Shown here: positions 18,297 through 28,822 of the stretch, piece by piece
Layout: every line of letters starts with the position of its first letter
Position numbering within the stretch: position 1 is the first letter of the stretch
From: a virus
Lineage: Duplodnaviria > Caudoviricetes
Reading direction: 5' to 3' (one strand)
DNA: 57,984 nt
IMG/VR virus record: IMGVR_UViG_3300027792_000211
Coordinates: 1 to 57,984 of that record
Program-made: the position numbers and the translations under genes
Notes under the pieces: generated by a model
Told to the model about the DNA's origin: nothing
What the model saw: the letters and a program-made list of their open reading frames with translations, nothing else
Databases searched by the model: none

Positions 18297-18480
18297 CATC
18301 GACACAATAGAAACTCAATCATCTTTGATGGCTGAATTTGACCCAATATTTGTTGGGACATTTGAAAAATTAAGGCCCTATTTAATTAGGGGTTTATTAT
18401 ATTTAATATCAGGGTGTATATATATTTTTATAATGTATATAGCATTATTAACGATTGGAGGCTTGATAAATGAAACATGA
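18283..18480 (+). CDS. Small membrane protein
   Basis: GGAGGAGG RBS before MVDYN; C-terminal TM. Confidence 0.6.
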   Translation: MVDYNIDTIETQSSLMAEFDPIFVGTFEKLRPYLIRGLLYLISGCIYIFIMYIALLTIGGLINET

Positions 18481-18691
18481 CAGTTTTACTATAAACGAAT
18501 TTAAACAACTCTTATCAGAATATGACGGGCGTAAATTTGTTTTTAACAATGAAAAATTTGTAATTTTAAATGAAAAATTGTTTTATGATGATATTCCTAT
18601 TCCCCGCCGGTGCATGTGGTATTCGATGGGAACACAATTTTCAAAAAGAATTGAGGTGGTTTTAAATGAATTATCTAGAAAATCAAATTGA
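18470..18691 (+). CDS. Hypothetical protein
   Basis: Coupled ORF with GGAGG RBS. Confidence 0.6.
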   Translation: MKHDSFTINEFKQLLSEYDGRKFVFNNEKFVILNEKLFYDDIPIPRRCMWYSMGTQFSKRIEVVLNELSRKSN

Positions 18692-19064
18692 TAAACTTAT
18701 AACATATATAAACGAAAATGACCTTGGTTTTGGATGGAAAAACCACCCCGAAAGGACGTTTAGAGGTGAATTCAAAAACGGTGAGCCATTTGATTATACA
18801 ATATTTACCAATAAAGGGCGAATAGTTTTTGATGCAAAAGAGACAGACAAAGCAAAATGGGTAATTCTACCCAAGGATAAAAAACAGGGTTTAAACCTGT
18901 TTAAATGTCAAAAGGTGGGTATTGAAGCGTTTTTCTTAATTTACTTCATTACTTCAAAAAAATTAATGAAGCTAGACATTAAAAAATTTTTTGACACCAT
19001 GGCGACAAGAAAATACATAATGCAATCAGATTGCATTGAATTTAATTTAGAGGAGTTGATATAA
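18666..19064 (+). CDS. recU: RecU-like Holliday junction resolvase
   Basis: GEPFDY...IVFDAKET...Q..L...G..AFFLIYF. Confidence 0.75.
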   Translation: MNYLENQIDKLITYINENDLGFGWKNHPERTFRGEFKNGEPFDYTIFTNKGRIVFDAKETDKAKWVILPKDKKQGLNLFKCQKVGIEAFFLIYFITSKKLMKLDIKKFFDTMATRKYIMQSDCIEFNLEELI

Positions 19065-19065
19065 A

Positions 19066-19224
19066 ATGGAATTACATTCAAAAATAAAAAATGAGTGTAG
19101 CATCCAAGGGTGTACAAAGGAAGCTAAAAATATATGTTCAGTACCCGGATGTAACAATATGGTTTGCAGTGACCACGCGCACGGCTGGGGAAATAAAGTA
19201 AAATGTGAGGAGTGTATAGATTAA
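19066..19224 (+). CDS. Small Cys-rich zinc-finger protein (52 aa)
   Basis: Manual translation MELHSKIKNECSIQGCTKEAKNICSVPGCNNMVCSDHAHGWGNKVKCEECID; GAGGAG RBS. Confidence 0.7.
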   Translation: MELHSKIKNECSIQGCTKEAKNICSVPGCNNMVCSDHAHGWGNKVKCEECID

Positions 19225-19225
19225 T

Positions 19226-19519
19226 ATGGATGAAGAATTTAAAGAAATTGAAATCCTAGATAGTTTAGGTAATGAATATCACTATTTTAACGTGGAATAT
19301 TTGTGTATTAAGGATAAAATTATATTAGAAGATCAAAAAAGAGTATTACAACATTTTAACCTGGATCATATAATTAAATATTCTATAAAAACATATAAAG
19401 ATAAAGTAAATAACAAAGATTATACACTTGTTGAAGGCGAACGAGAGACAGATGAAGATAAAGAAGGATTTAACGAATTTATACAAAATTATTTTGATAG
19501 TGAGGAAGAAAAACTATGA
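19226..19519 (+). CDS. Hypothetical protein
   Basis: ORF with RBS. Confidence 0.65.
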   Translation: MDEEFKEIEILDSLGNEYHYFNVEYLCIKDKIILEDQKRVLQHFNLDHIIKYSIKTYKDKVNNKDYTLVEGERETDEDKEGFNEFIQNYFDSEEEKL

Positions 19520-19764
19520 TAAAAGCTGAAATTGATTTGTGGGAGGCCGTTAAACTTCTTACTACCGACGACGCTCACGAATTCAAAGAAATAGACATCG
19601 ACAAAGATATAATAAGCGAAAGTTATTTATTAAGTAATGAATTAGGATATTCAATACATATTAGACTTATAAAATCTTCCATAGATGATGCTAAGATTAT
19701 TTATGAAAAAATTGAAGAAATATCTAAGGAAGATTTTAAAAATCAATTATTCAGAGTGCTTTAA
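19516..19764 (+). CDS. Hypothetical protein
   Basis: Coupled ORF; converges with the tail gene. Confidence 0.6.
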   Translation: MIKAEIDLWEAVKLLTTDDAHEFKEIDIDKDIISESYLLSNELGYSIHIRLIKSSIDDAKIIYEKIEEISKEDFKNQLFRVL

Positions 19765-21497
19765 AGCACTCTGATTTTTTTGACATCCATATAAGTACCA
19801 TAAGCGTAAACAATCGTATTACCTACAACGGCCGTAACTTGCGCCCATTGTAATGTAACTGTACCACCAACTGGTCCAGTTTTAACCATTAACTGCTCAT
19901 GAATACTTGATGCATATACCCCATCAGTTCCATAATGTTGCTCAATAGTATAATTGGCTTGTACAGCATTAACATATGTTTCATATGTATTTAAAGTTCC
20001 TTGCGCGGTTGGTCCATAACTACATCTCGGTGCCAGTTCCGAGACATCAGTTGAAAAGTCATATCTACATTTAAAATTAGCACCCGCCGGTCCAGATACA
20101 CATATAACAACATTAATGTTATACATTGAATAAGGATCTAAATAAGCAATTATATCATTATCATTCTGTATTACATTTGAATTATTAACTGTTTCATCAG
20201 CTCTTTTTTTAATAATTTGAGGCATATATTCGGTTTCTAAAGTCAAATCTTTCATTGAATTAGAAACGGTAAAATCTGTTAATAAAGAATATGAATTATT
20301 CCCGGATTGACCTAGCATGACATCGCCATCAGTATCCGTTGCAATACTTGTTTCATATTCCAGGGATTTCACCGCTTCACCTTTTTTATATAAAATACCC
20401 CTGAAGGTATCAACATTTTTCTCAAAGTAAAATTCAACTCTTTCATCCTTCAATAAATTATTTGTCAATGCCACGGTCGTAGTAGTAGCTACACCGGCCT
20501 CATTAACTTTTAAACTAAAAGTATTAGATGTAATATATAATTCAGCATAATTATCAGAATCGACATACCAAACCATACTTGTAGTTTCTCCGGCATATTT
20601 ACAAATAAATTCCCACCTGGATATAAAATTGATACAATCTGAATATACTTCTAAATTTGTTGTATAATCGGAACCTACTATTTTCATATATCCTAATTCA
20701 TAACTATAATTTCCCTCGTCTTGATATAATAAATTTAAGGCGTCCCATTGATCAAATGCATAAACCCATCCAGTAGCGGCACCCATGTATTTTTGGAAAG
20801 GATTTGCATAACCCGAATAAATAGGGTCTTGTCTTACCATTTGGATTAAATTCATTAAAATATATTCACCATCCGAATTGACCGCCGATACGGGTGCAAC
20901 ACGAATATAGTCGATGCTATTCCAACCACCAGGCGCCCCAATCGTTGTAAAATCTGATTTTTGAGGCCAAAAGCTATTCCAACCTGTAACTACAGCCCCG
21001 GTATAATTATAGTAATAACAGTTACCGAAATCATCGCCTAATCTAAATTGGATTTCAGGCCATTTTGCAAAATCAGAGACATATAAAACAAAACAAATAC
21101 AATCATCAGTTGTCGAGGTGCTCCCATCGTGAAATTTTGTTAAATCCAAGGTAGATGGTAACGCCCGTGACACACTACAAAAACCCGCGGTGTTATCTAA
21201 TTCCTCAATTTTCAATGCTGATTTACCCATTAATTGGTTTGTTGAATCATCGGCGGTCAAAGTAGTGGCCGCGTCTGCTATAGTCCAATCGGTATAATCA
21301 TCGAAATTTTCTACCAATTTACAATTTCTTTGATAAAAATAGTTCTTATATTTTCTAAATTGAATATCTGAGGATCTATAAAATTCATTATCCGCTAACT
21401 CTACAACCCTTTCGATTTCGTTTAAATTAGTATCATTAATGGCCGGTGCTCCACCATTAACAAATGTTAACTCTGTAAATTTACCCGCTTCTGCCAT
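19761..21497 (-). CDS. Tail fibre/baseplate protein with carbohydrate-binding-like domain
   Basis: N-terminal PAINDTNLNEIE motif typical of tail proteins; last gene of the tail operon. Confidence 0.7.
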   Translation of the reverse strand: MAEAGKFTELTFVNGGAPAINDTNLNEIERVVELADNEFYRSSDIQFRKYKNYFYQRNCKLVENFDDYTDWTIADAATTLTADDSTNQLMGKSALKIEELDNTAGFCSVSRALPSTLDLTKFHDGSTSTTDDCICFVLYVSDFAKWPEIQFRLGDDFGNCYYYNYTGAVVTGWNSFWPQKSDFTTIGAPGGWNSIDYIRVAPVSAVNSDGEYILMNLIQMVRQDPIYSGYANPFQKYMGAATGWVYAFDQWDALNLLYQDEGNYSYELGYMKIVGSDYTTNLEVYSDCINFISRWEFICKYAGETTSMVWYVDSDNYAELYITSNTFSLKVNEAGVATTTTVALTNNLLKDERVEFYFEKNVDTFRGILYKKGEAVKSLEYETSIATDTDGDVMLGQSGNNSYSLLTDFTVSNSMKDLTLETEYMPQIIKKRADETVNNSNVIQNDNDIIAYLDPYSMYNINVVICVSGPAGANFKCRYDFSTDVSELAPRCSYGPTAQGTLNTYETYVNAVQANYTIEQHYGTDGVYASSIHEQLMVKTGPVGGTVTLQWAQVTAVVGNTIVYAYGTYMDVKKIRVL

Positions 21498-21726
21498 TCT
21501 TTTTCACCTCCGGCGTATCCTTACCTACATTCCATTTAGGTTTATCTTTTTTAACAGGCTTTACATGTTCAATTTTTTTATGAATTACAACCATGTCCAT
21601 ACTAAACACATTTTCTTCAAATTTATAATTTAACTTATCTCTAATTTGATTGACATAATTTACGCAAAATTTTTGATAAGCCTCGTCTTTATCCATTTTT
21701 TCGTCAAATTCCATTTCAAATTTCAA
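21481..21726 (-). CDS. Hypothetical tail-region protein
   Basis: Position and RBS. Confidence 0.55.
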   Translation of the reverse strand: MKFEMEFDEKMDKDEAYQKFCVNYVNQIRDKLNYKFEENVFSMDMVVIHKKIEHVKPVKKDKPKWNVGKDTPEVKKNGRSG

Positions 21727-21731
21727 TTGTA

Positions 21732-22229
21732 TTACCCCCTTATAAATTCGTCGGTCCTAGTTACATCAATTTGCTCATCGTCGGTCTTCCCTTCCGGGGT
21801 AGTTAAAACAATTCTAGATAATAATAGTCCTGTATCTTTTCCAACTCCACTATTCCAAGCCTTCGCGGTGGTACCGACAAACCATCCAATTTCTTTTATT
21901 GTCATAACACCAACCGTCGCGGTTGGTTCTGTATCCAACAATACACCCTTACTTTGCACTTTACCCGTCCCAGTTCTTAAAAGAGTAATGATTGGGACCC
22001 GATATAATTCGTTGCCTAATTTAACGTCAGTATTAGTAACGGCCGTGTTGTTGTCTCCAAAAGCTAAATATTTCAATACCATATTAGGATTCGGAAGGTA
22101 TAACGCTTTTATTATTTCATCAAAAGCCGCATTCATTATTCTATTATAAATAATATAATCCTTTGTTATTACTCCGTTTTTTCTTTTTATTATATTAACT
22201 TTCCCAATCCACCCATATTTTTCTATCAT
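21732..22229 (-). CDS. Minor tail/baseplate protein
   Basis: YLAFGD..TA...D.KLGNELYR...IKEIGWF...LLSRIV pattern. Confidence 0.7.
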   Translation of the reverse strand: MIEKYGWIGKVNIIKRKNGVITKDYIIYNRIMNAAFDEIIKALYLPNPNMVLKYLAFGDNNTAVTNTDVKLGNELYRVPIITLLRTGTGKVQSKGVLLDTEPTATVGVMTIKEIGWFVGTTAKAWNSGVGKDTGLLLSRIVLTTPEGKTDDEQIDVTRTDEFIRG

Positions 22230-23759
22230 TTAATCACTCTCCGTAACTGTACTTGTCAGTGTTCCAGGGTATAAATTATTAGCGGGCCATAATGCCGCCC
22301 CTGGGTATAAATCATCAAATGTTTTTATTGTTACATCCCCGTGCCATTCTATTTTTTCACTTTTGGAAATTTGGATCTCGACAACAGCATCGGGGCGAAT
22401 TATCCAATCTTTGCCGGGACTTAGCCAATTGCTAAAATAATTAATCCACCCACTCAAAGGTTTACCGTCAATCATTGTAATTTTTGTTTTTAATAAATTA
22501 CCTACATCAGTAACCGATTTTTCAGTAATTAAATATTGATCACTTATATTCATACTAGGAATATTTACATTTATTAATTGCCCTACTTCCCACTTTATAG
22601 TATATGTTTCAACTTCAATTATATTTGAAATGTGGGCATATCTATCAAGGAGAGCAAGGGCCTTTTCTTGGGCTATAGTAACATCTTCAATATTACTACC
22701 ATCTTCAACATGTGTATAAATCCCGGAACCACCTTCAATGGCTATTCTTGCGGCTATGGCCGCCGCGTCTTGCTCAACTATATCAATGTTAAATTGACCA
22801 ATATATTTTACTACTAAATAAGATCCCGCGGGAATCGTGGGCGTTCCTACCGTTGTATTATCTCTTTGAATCGTATTAGAACCTTTATTCCAATAAAACC
22901 ATAATCCCGAATCTATGCCACCAATGCCAACCTCATGAGGGTCTATCATTTCCCCAGGCAATGGGTTGTCGATATCGGTAGTTATGTATAAAGCCGGTAC
23001 CTGATTAATTGGAAAATTTACAATAAAACTATTATCATTGTCAGGAGTTGGCGTCGCCTTTTCATTTAGTAATAATGTTAAACCATGTACATTTTTTAAT
23101 ACTTGTGTATTTCTATAATCTTCTCTATTGTCACTTACTTTTAAACTATTAGGTATGTAATTACTAGTATGCTCGGTTAACCCTGGCCCTATCTCCGAGG
23201 TCATATCATTTAAATAGAATTTTTTATCAGGTCCTATATGCCATTGCCAATTGATCAACCCTGCTATTTCATTAAATGCATCAGAAGCCTTGACATAGGG
23301 GCAATTTATACTAACATATTGCCCAGGCGTCGCGACTATTGACGTTCCATCATACCATATCCCCTCTATAGCTAAAAAATCATCAATCATATCTTTAAAT
23401 GTATCAGAAATTAATTGTTTTTGATAGGATTGATTTATATAACATCTATTAGTTAGGTAATGCCAATCTACACATGTTATTGATTCACCATAAACCGGGT
23501 GCTCATTGATTTTACGTGTTTTTGGCTCATCTAATTGTCCCCCATAAATTAAAATTCCGTTATGATCCCATAGTTCAATCTTTTGTCCAATTAGAGTAGT
23601 CCAGATAAAGGGGGTAACACCTGGATTCATATCAATTAAGACGAAGCTAAGAACTGAAATTTCCCCCGCCTTACCTTGATTTATATTCAATGACCCGGAT
23701 TTTACTTTTACGCCCACGGGAAGACTTGCACCATTTATTTTTAAGGTAAAAATACTCAT
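22230..23759 (-). CDS. Tail protein (distal tail/baseplate hub-like)
   Basis: Follows the tape measure; LYPG..LWP..LYPG C-terminal motif. Confidence 0.7.
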   Translation of the reverse strand: MSIFTLKINGASLPVGVKVKSGSLNINQGKAGEISVLSFVLIDMNPGVTPFIWTTLIGQKIELWDHNGILIYGGQLDEPKTRKINEHPVYGESITCVDWHYLTNRCYINQSYQKQLISDTFKDMIDDFLAIEGIWYDGTSIVATPGQYVSINCPYVKASDAFNEIAGLINWQWHIGPDKKFYLNDMTSEIGPGLTEHTSNYIPNSLKVSDNREDYRNTQVLKNVHGLTLLLNEKATPTPDNDNSFIVNFPINQVPALYITTDIDNPLPGEMIDPHEVGIGGIDSGLWFYWNKGSNTIQRDNTTVGTPTIPAGSYLVVKYIGQFNIDIVEQDAAAIAARIAIEGGSGIYTHVEDGSNIEDVTIAQEKALALLDRYAHISNIIEVETYTIKWEVGQLINVNIPSMNISDQYLITEKSVTDVGNLLKTKITMIDGKPLSGWINYFSNWLSPGKDWIIRPDAVVEIQISKSEKIEWHGDVTIKTFDDLYPGAALWPANNLYPGTLTSTVTESD

Positions 23760-25999
23760 GAATATTTCCTCCCCGTATATCGTGACACCGTTGATTGCAT
23801 CTGTTTTAAAAAGTCAAACATGTCAGTTACACCGTTAAACGTAGGGTTATATAAATTAATTCCGCCAATACCTGTATTTTCATTAACTCCTAAATTTAAA
23901 CCAGGGTTAGAAGAAATATTTTTTAAAATTTCATTCCCTAGATTTACCGATGGTAAATTAACTTTAGATTTAGCTAATTGTAAAGCTTTATTGATTGAAG
24001 TATAAAAATCTATTTTATCTAAATCTTTCAATGGTCCATCTTTGGCAGGAGAAAAAGGAAATTTATCTCTTATCTTTTGGGCAATATCACTTGCCGCCGT
24101 ACCAATATTTCCAATCATTGCTCTAATCCCGTTTATTAATGATTGGATTATTTTTCTACCACAATCATATAAATTAATATTACTTGTTATATTTTCAATG
24201 ATTCCTTTGATATTACTAAGACTTTCCGATATCTTGCCTTTCATTTCATTCATTTTACTTGATATTATATTTGATATATAATTCCACACCATACTAAATT
24301 GAGCTTTTACAGCATCCCAAGCGGCTCCCCAATCACCTCTAATAATTGCTAAGGCAAATGTGATATAATTCTTCATAGTTTCCATCGCAAATTTAATAAT
24401 TAATAATGTTCGATCCCAAACACCCATTAGATATTTGGTTATCGTTTCACCGTGAGCGGTCCAAAAAGCGGATATCTGAGTAATAGCCCATGTTATCGTT
24501 TTCATTATTTCAGCAAATATAATAGATGCATTTGCTTTAATATCAGCCCAGGCCGCCAAAACTTTAATTCTAAATTCATCATTAGTCTTCCATAAATATA
24601 TAAAACTTGCTACCAATGCACCAATAACACCAATAACGACGCCAATAATTGCACCTATAATCAAGAAAAACGGCAAAAATCCAGAAGTTAACACTGCGCC
24701 AACCGTGGCACCAATTACCCCTAAACTTGCAATAGTCGCACCTAATCCTACAATTAAGCCACCTATTACTAATAAAACAGGTCCTATCATCGCGGCAACA
24801 CCAGCAATAACTAATATAATATTTTGCATTGATGATGATAAACCTTGCCATTTAGCGATTACAAAATCTAATACTGAAATTATAGTATTAAAAACAGGGA
24901 TTAATTTAACTTTTATAGCATCAAATAAAGTTATTGCCATACTTTGGCCTTTTGATAATGTTTGATTCCATTTAAAATCAAGGGTATCACTTGCGGCCTT
25001 GAAAGCATCATCCAACATTCCAGTTGAATTTGTACAAGCATCTATTATTCTTCTATTTTCTTCCGAGTTTAAATTAGCAAGAGATAACGCACCACTAAAC
25101 GCCCTAATATTCGGGAACACATCGGCGAGTGCATCATCGCCATATTTTTTAGTTAAAGTATTTAATTCTTGCAAAGTAGCCAATAGGCCCTCTTCTTTTA
25201 TTTGTTTTCTTAGTTTCGCCGATGAAGTACCCATATCATTTAGTGCATCTTCGGCACCTTTTGCCGGTTTAATTAATCCAGATAAAATTGATTTAATTTG
25301 GGTTGTACTCTCAGCGGCATCTAAACCATTCCTTGTTAAAACAGCAACGGCCCCCGCAACTTCGGCAAATTTAACACCCATAGTTGACGCTATTGGTAAC
25401 ACTTGACCCAACGAAGCGGCAAATTCGGGCGCGTCGGCTTTACCTTCTCTAACGGCGGCAACTAGGATATCGGTGGCTTGTGTTGCATTCATATTAGCCG
25501 CACCATAAGCATTGATGGCCGATGTTACTAAATTTGCTATTGACTGAGTTTCACCTAAACCCGCCGCGGATGCTTTAGCCGATTGTGTCAAAGCATCCAT
25601 GGCCGCGGCACCTTGTAAACCAGAACTTGTAACATAATATAAACCAGCGGCTAATTCTTTTGGAGCCTTGCCCAATTCAGGGGCTAATTTTAAAATATCG
25701 GCTCCCCAGGCATCCACTTGTGTTTTAGCAATACCAACTAAGCCAGTAATATGACTCATTTCACTTTCAAAATCTTTACCTAAATTAAAAACCGCTACAC
25801 CGGCCCCAACTAAGGGGAGTGTAAGATATTTAGTTAGTGTAGATCCTAAACTTATTACACCTTTGCCCGCGGCGGTCATAGTATCCCCAATATCAGTGGC
25901 GAAATTTTGCCCGCTTACACGGGCGTTATTGATATCGCGGGTAAATCTGTTTATATCAGCTACAAGGTTAACAACTAATTCACCAATTACGATAGCCAT
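23756..25999 (-). CDS. Tail tape measure protein (TP901-type core)
   Basis: A/G-rich helical protein, LTKYLTLPLVG, W-periodic repeats, PFSPAKDGPL. Confidence 0.92.
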   Translation of the reverse strand: MAIVIGELVVNLVADINRFTRDINNARVSGQNFATDIGDTMTAAGKGVISLGSTLTKYLTLPLVGAGVAVFNLGKDFESEMSHITGLVGIAKTQVDAWGADILKLAPELGKAPKELAAGLYYVTSSGLQGAAAMDALTQSAKASAAGLGETQSIANLVTSAINAYGAANMNATQATDILVAAVREGKADAPEFAASLGQVLPIASTMGVKFAEVAGAVAVLTRNGLDAAESTTQIKSILSGLIKPAKGAEDALNDMGTSSAKLRKQIKEEGLLATLQELNTLTKKYGDDALADVFPNIRAFSGALSLANLNSEENRRIIDACTNSTGMLDDAFKAASDTLDFKWNQTLSKGQSMAITLFDAIKVKLIPVFNTIISVLDFVIAKWQGLSSSMQNIILVIAGVAAMIGPVLLVIGGLIVGLGATIASLGVIGATVGAVLTSGFLPFFLIIGAIIGVVIGVIGALVASFIYLWKTNDEFRIKVLAAWADIKANASIIFAEIMKTITWAITQISAFWTAHGETITKYLMGVWDRTLLIIKFAMETMKNYITFALAIIRGDWGAAWDAVKAQFSMVWNYISNIISSKMNEMKGKISESLSNIKGIIENITSNINLYDCGRKIIQSLINGIRAMIGNIGTAASDIAQKIRDKFPFSPAKDGPLKDLDKIDFYTSINKALQLAKSKVNLPSVNLGNEILKNISSNPGLNLGVNENTGIGGINLYNPTFNGVTDMFDFLKQMQSTVSRYTGRKYS

Positions 26000-26218
26000 T
26001 ATATTTCCACCTCTTCAAATTCTACAAAATTCCTATTATCTTTATTATTAGCCCAGGCCTTAAAAGCTGAATCATCGGGCAATCCTCGTATAAATACTAA
26101 AAATTTTCTTAATGTCAGAGAAGATTTATTATTTATATCGATTTTATAAAATCTCCAGAAATCAGCTTCTAACGCTCCCCAAGCCCAAATAATTAATCTC
26201 GGATCTAAATTTTTTTTT
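25999..26218 (-). CDS. Tail assembly chaperone -1 frameshift extension (A118 gp15-like)
   Basis: A9 slippery run at 26210..26218; -1 frame reads ...WAWGALEADFWRFYKID..LTLRKFLVFIRGLPDDSAF..EI*, with TAATG overlap into the tape measure. Confidence 0.75.
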
Positions 26219-26630
26219 GAGAAGTTTCTGAATTGTTCGATTGAACATTATAGCCCCATTTAGCTAGAATAGTACCAGCTAATTTATTGAATACTAAATC
26301 AATTGATACGGCTTTCTTAGATGTTTCTAAAGCGCGAAGCATCTCTTTTCCGAACATTAATTCAATAAATTGCATCATCCTATCCTCTGGCACCTCTAAT
26401 GTTACTTTGTTATTAATTTTTTTATAACAGTATCTGAAGAAAAAAGTCGCAAAACCCAAAGGCATTTCACGGGGCACATCATAGATTTTCCCGTTGAACT
26501 TTATCTTATATGGTTTTTCCGTTGTTTCTTCCACCGCCGCGTCAAAATCAAGAAGTAATTCAGCTTCTTGATTATCTGCTAATATTTTTAATTGGTCATT
26601 CAAATAACTTTCTCTTTTTTCATTATCCAT
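26205..26630 (-). CDS. Tail assembly chaperone
   Basis: Between major tail and tape measure; ends in slippery CAA AAA AAA ATT TAG. Confidence 0.8.
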   Translation of the reverse strand: MDNEKRESYLNDQLKILADNQEAELLLDFDAAVEETTEKPYKIKFNGKIYDVPREMPLGFATFFFRYCYKKINNKVTLEVPEDRMMQFIELMFGKEMLRALETSKKAVSIDLVFNKLAGTILAKWGYNVQSNNSETSQKKI

Positions 26631-26640
26631 TGATTTCTCC

Positions 26641-27066
26641 TTAACTTGCCGGTGTTATTTCTACTTTAGAATTTATCCTGAATGTTCCTTTATATTTATA
26701 AACTTCGGTCGTACTTCCCGATTCTTCATATTTTGTGAAAAATCCCGTAAATGTATATCCGTAGCCAGTATATCTGGTATATTTCATGCTTACAGTTTCG
26801 CCACGTTCCGCGGCGTCCCTTAATTCACTTTGTCCATCGTCAAGACCTGTCAAGGTCGATTCAATGGCGATACCTTCAACGTCTGCGGTTTCACCGACAG
26901 CAATTGATACAAATTGTTTATGTAATACATCAGTGCCGACAATATAATCCTCTGAACCGGTTGTATCTTCTTCGTCGATTTCAACACTTCTTTTGAAACT
27001 TGTCACTTTTGCAACGGTTTCACTTTGCACCTGTATAACAGTATTAGCAAATTTAACCTCATTCAT
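26641..27066 (-). CDS. Major tail tube protein
   Basis: Size, position and beta-rich GYTFTGFFT..E.G pattern; GGAGG RBS. Confidence 0.75.
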   Translation of the reverse strand: MNEVKFANTVIQVQSETVAKVTSFKRSVEIDEEDTTGSEDYIVGTDVLHKQFVSIAVGETADVEGIAIESTLTGLDDGQSELRDAAERGETVSMKYTRYTGYGYTFTGFFTKYEESGSTTEVYKYKGTFRINSKVEITPAS

Positions 27067-27067
27067 G

Positions 27068-27481
27068 TTATAACCTCCAATCATTCAAAATTGACGTAGC
27101 TCTTACATAATAGTGTGAAGTCCATTCACTACGCCCTTTGTCATCCTTACCCAATGAAGTTGGGGAGGTTTCGACGGTAACATATGATATATTATCACCG
27201 CCAGCAATAAGCAATTGCCCACCGAACCCCGCAACTTCTTTATGAACACCATTTATTATTGAATAGCAAGTATCATAATTAGTATTTCTAACCAAAATTT
27301 GTATTCCAAATAAATCAACTTCTAAACAACTTGATTCATCTAGGCCCGGTGCTGATTCATCATAAACAATAATACAATTATCCGGGGTATTTGGTTTAAA
27401 TCCATAAAATAAATCAACGTTTTCCGTACCGTATCCTTGATTATCAAGGTACTTCATTATTTGATTGGCTATACTACCCAA
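27068..27481 (-). CDS. Tail terminator / A118-type minor capsid protein
   Basis: P.NCI.VYD, IQILVR, LGKDDKGRSEW. Confidence 0.75.
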   Translation of the reverse strand: MGSIANQIMKYLDNQGYGTENVDLFYGFKPNTPDNCIIVYDESAPGLDESSCLEVDLFGIQILVRNTNYDTCYSIINGVHKEVAGFGGQLLIAGGDNISYVTVETSPTSLGKDDKGRSEWTSHYYVRATSILNDWRL

Positions 27482-27859
27482 TTACAACACCGCCCTTAAT
27501 TCTTCTATTAAACAATTTTGTAATGCGTTAGGCCCTAATCGATTAAAAGGATCTTTTAAATATTTCTTTTTTCTTCCATGCTGAAAATTGGCGTCGTTCT
27601 CGTGCCACCTAATAGCATAGGGAAGTTTAGGAAACCCAGTACCAGCACCACCACCATATGAAATGACAGCCACGGGATTACTACCCTTCCAACGCATTAA
27701 AACAATTCCCGTCCTAAGTAAAAATCCCTCGTCTAAAGGAACCTCTTGTTTAGTAGCTGGCAATACTACATTTGCCGCTTTTTCACAAGCCTTTCGACAT
27801 GCTTCTTTTACTACCCGGTTTATTCGGTCGCCGTCCCACCTTCGCCATCCACTTGCCAT
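27482..27859 (-). CDS. Neck protein (HK97 gp10-like / minor capsid)
   Basis: VPLDEGFL.RTG, PYAIRWHE, GRKKKYL. Confidence 0.8.
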   Translation of the reverse strand: MASGWRRWDGDRINRVVKEACRKACEKAANVVLPATKQEVPLDEGFLLRTGIVLMRWKGSNPVAVISYGGGAGTGFPKLPYAIRWHENDANFQHGRKKKYLKDPFNRLGPNALQNCLIEELRAVL

Positions 27860-28200
27860 TATCGTACCTCACATTCAAAATGATGTGTTTTACCAGTTCT
27901 TGGATCATCAATAGGATCTATTTTCAAAACTTCCATATTAGATCGAGTATAAGGGGCTATTTGATTTATCATCCAGTATTCCCAGTTTATATCAATTCCA
28001 CAATTATTCTGTAAAAACACAATAGCAGTAGCTTTCAAGGTTTCACCTTTGTCATTTGTAATCAAATGATCGCCATATTGAACAAAACCTTTTAAATTAG
28101 GTATAGTCGATACGGTTATAAAATCCCCTGATACATTTCTATTTCGTTTCACAAGATTGATTGTATGTGTACATAAATTAATAAAACTGGCCATACTCAT
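27859..28200 (-). CDS. Head closure protein
   Basis: Position; C-terminal HHFE. Confidence 0.65.
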   Translation of the reverse strand: MSMASFINLCTHTINLVKRNRNVSGDFITVSTIPNLKGFVQYGDHLITNDKGETLKATAIVFLQNNCGIDINWEYWMINQIAPYTRSNMEVLKIDPIDDPRTGKTHHFECEVR

Positions 28201-28627
28201 TACGATAAATCCCCCTTGTCGATCTTACTTTTAAATTTATAATTCCAGAACTAACCAATATACTATCGGCAAATCCCATTTCTTCAGGTAATAACGACCC
28301 CGAAGAACTCGTTTTTCCAACGCTAAATCGACCTAACTTCACATTTTGGGAAGTGGTAGGAGGTAGGCCGCCAGAATCTACTAAATAACTTATCATCGTA
28401 GCAACCCATAATTTTACAGCGTCCTTTTTGGCCGTATTCAATGTAATGTCTAAACCATCGTCCCACACGGTCCAATCAGGGGTAGTTATTTTATATCCCG
28501 TGGTATCTATTGCATAATTTCCTATACGATTATCCAATAGCTTAGAAGCCATTGTAATTCGTATTGTCGTAGCTTCTGCAATAGGTCTACCAGTTAAAGT
28601 AACATATTCAGCCGCCGTAATATACAT
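28178..28627 (-). CDS. Head-tail adaptor
   Basis: YIT.AEY, AS..LD, VKLGRFSV pattern; start at 28627. Confidence 0.7.
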   Translation of the reverse strand: MYITAAEYVTLTGRPIAEATTIRITMASKLLDNRIGNYAIDTTGYKITTPDWTVWDDGLDITLNTAKKDAVKLWVATMISYLVDSGGLPPTTSQNVKLGRFSVGKTSSSGSLLPEEMGFADSILVSSGIINLKVRSTRGIYRNEYGQFY

Positions 28628-28818
28628 TATTCCCACCTCCTCCAATTTCCATCGTTGTCCTGTTTATACCCGGCGTTTTTAATTGCGCCCCATGCTATTT
28701 TATTCGCGGATTCCTCACCTTTTGAGTAACTAGCATTAAACGCGGCAATCCAAATTTTTTGGGCTTTCTCAGGTAATTTTTTAATTCGTTCAGGTCTATC
28801 ATTAAGACTATAAGGCAT
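28627..28818 (-). CDS. chaB: ChaB family protein
   Basis: MPY...LPEKAQKIWIAAFN...A.KIAWGAIK..Y.Q..G.W. Confidence 0.85.
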   Translation of the reverse strand: MPYSLNDRPERIKKLPEKAQKIWIAAFNASYSKGEESANKIAWGAIKNAGYKQDNDGNWRRWE

Positions 28819-28822
28819 AATT

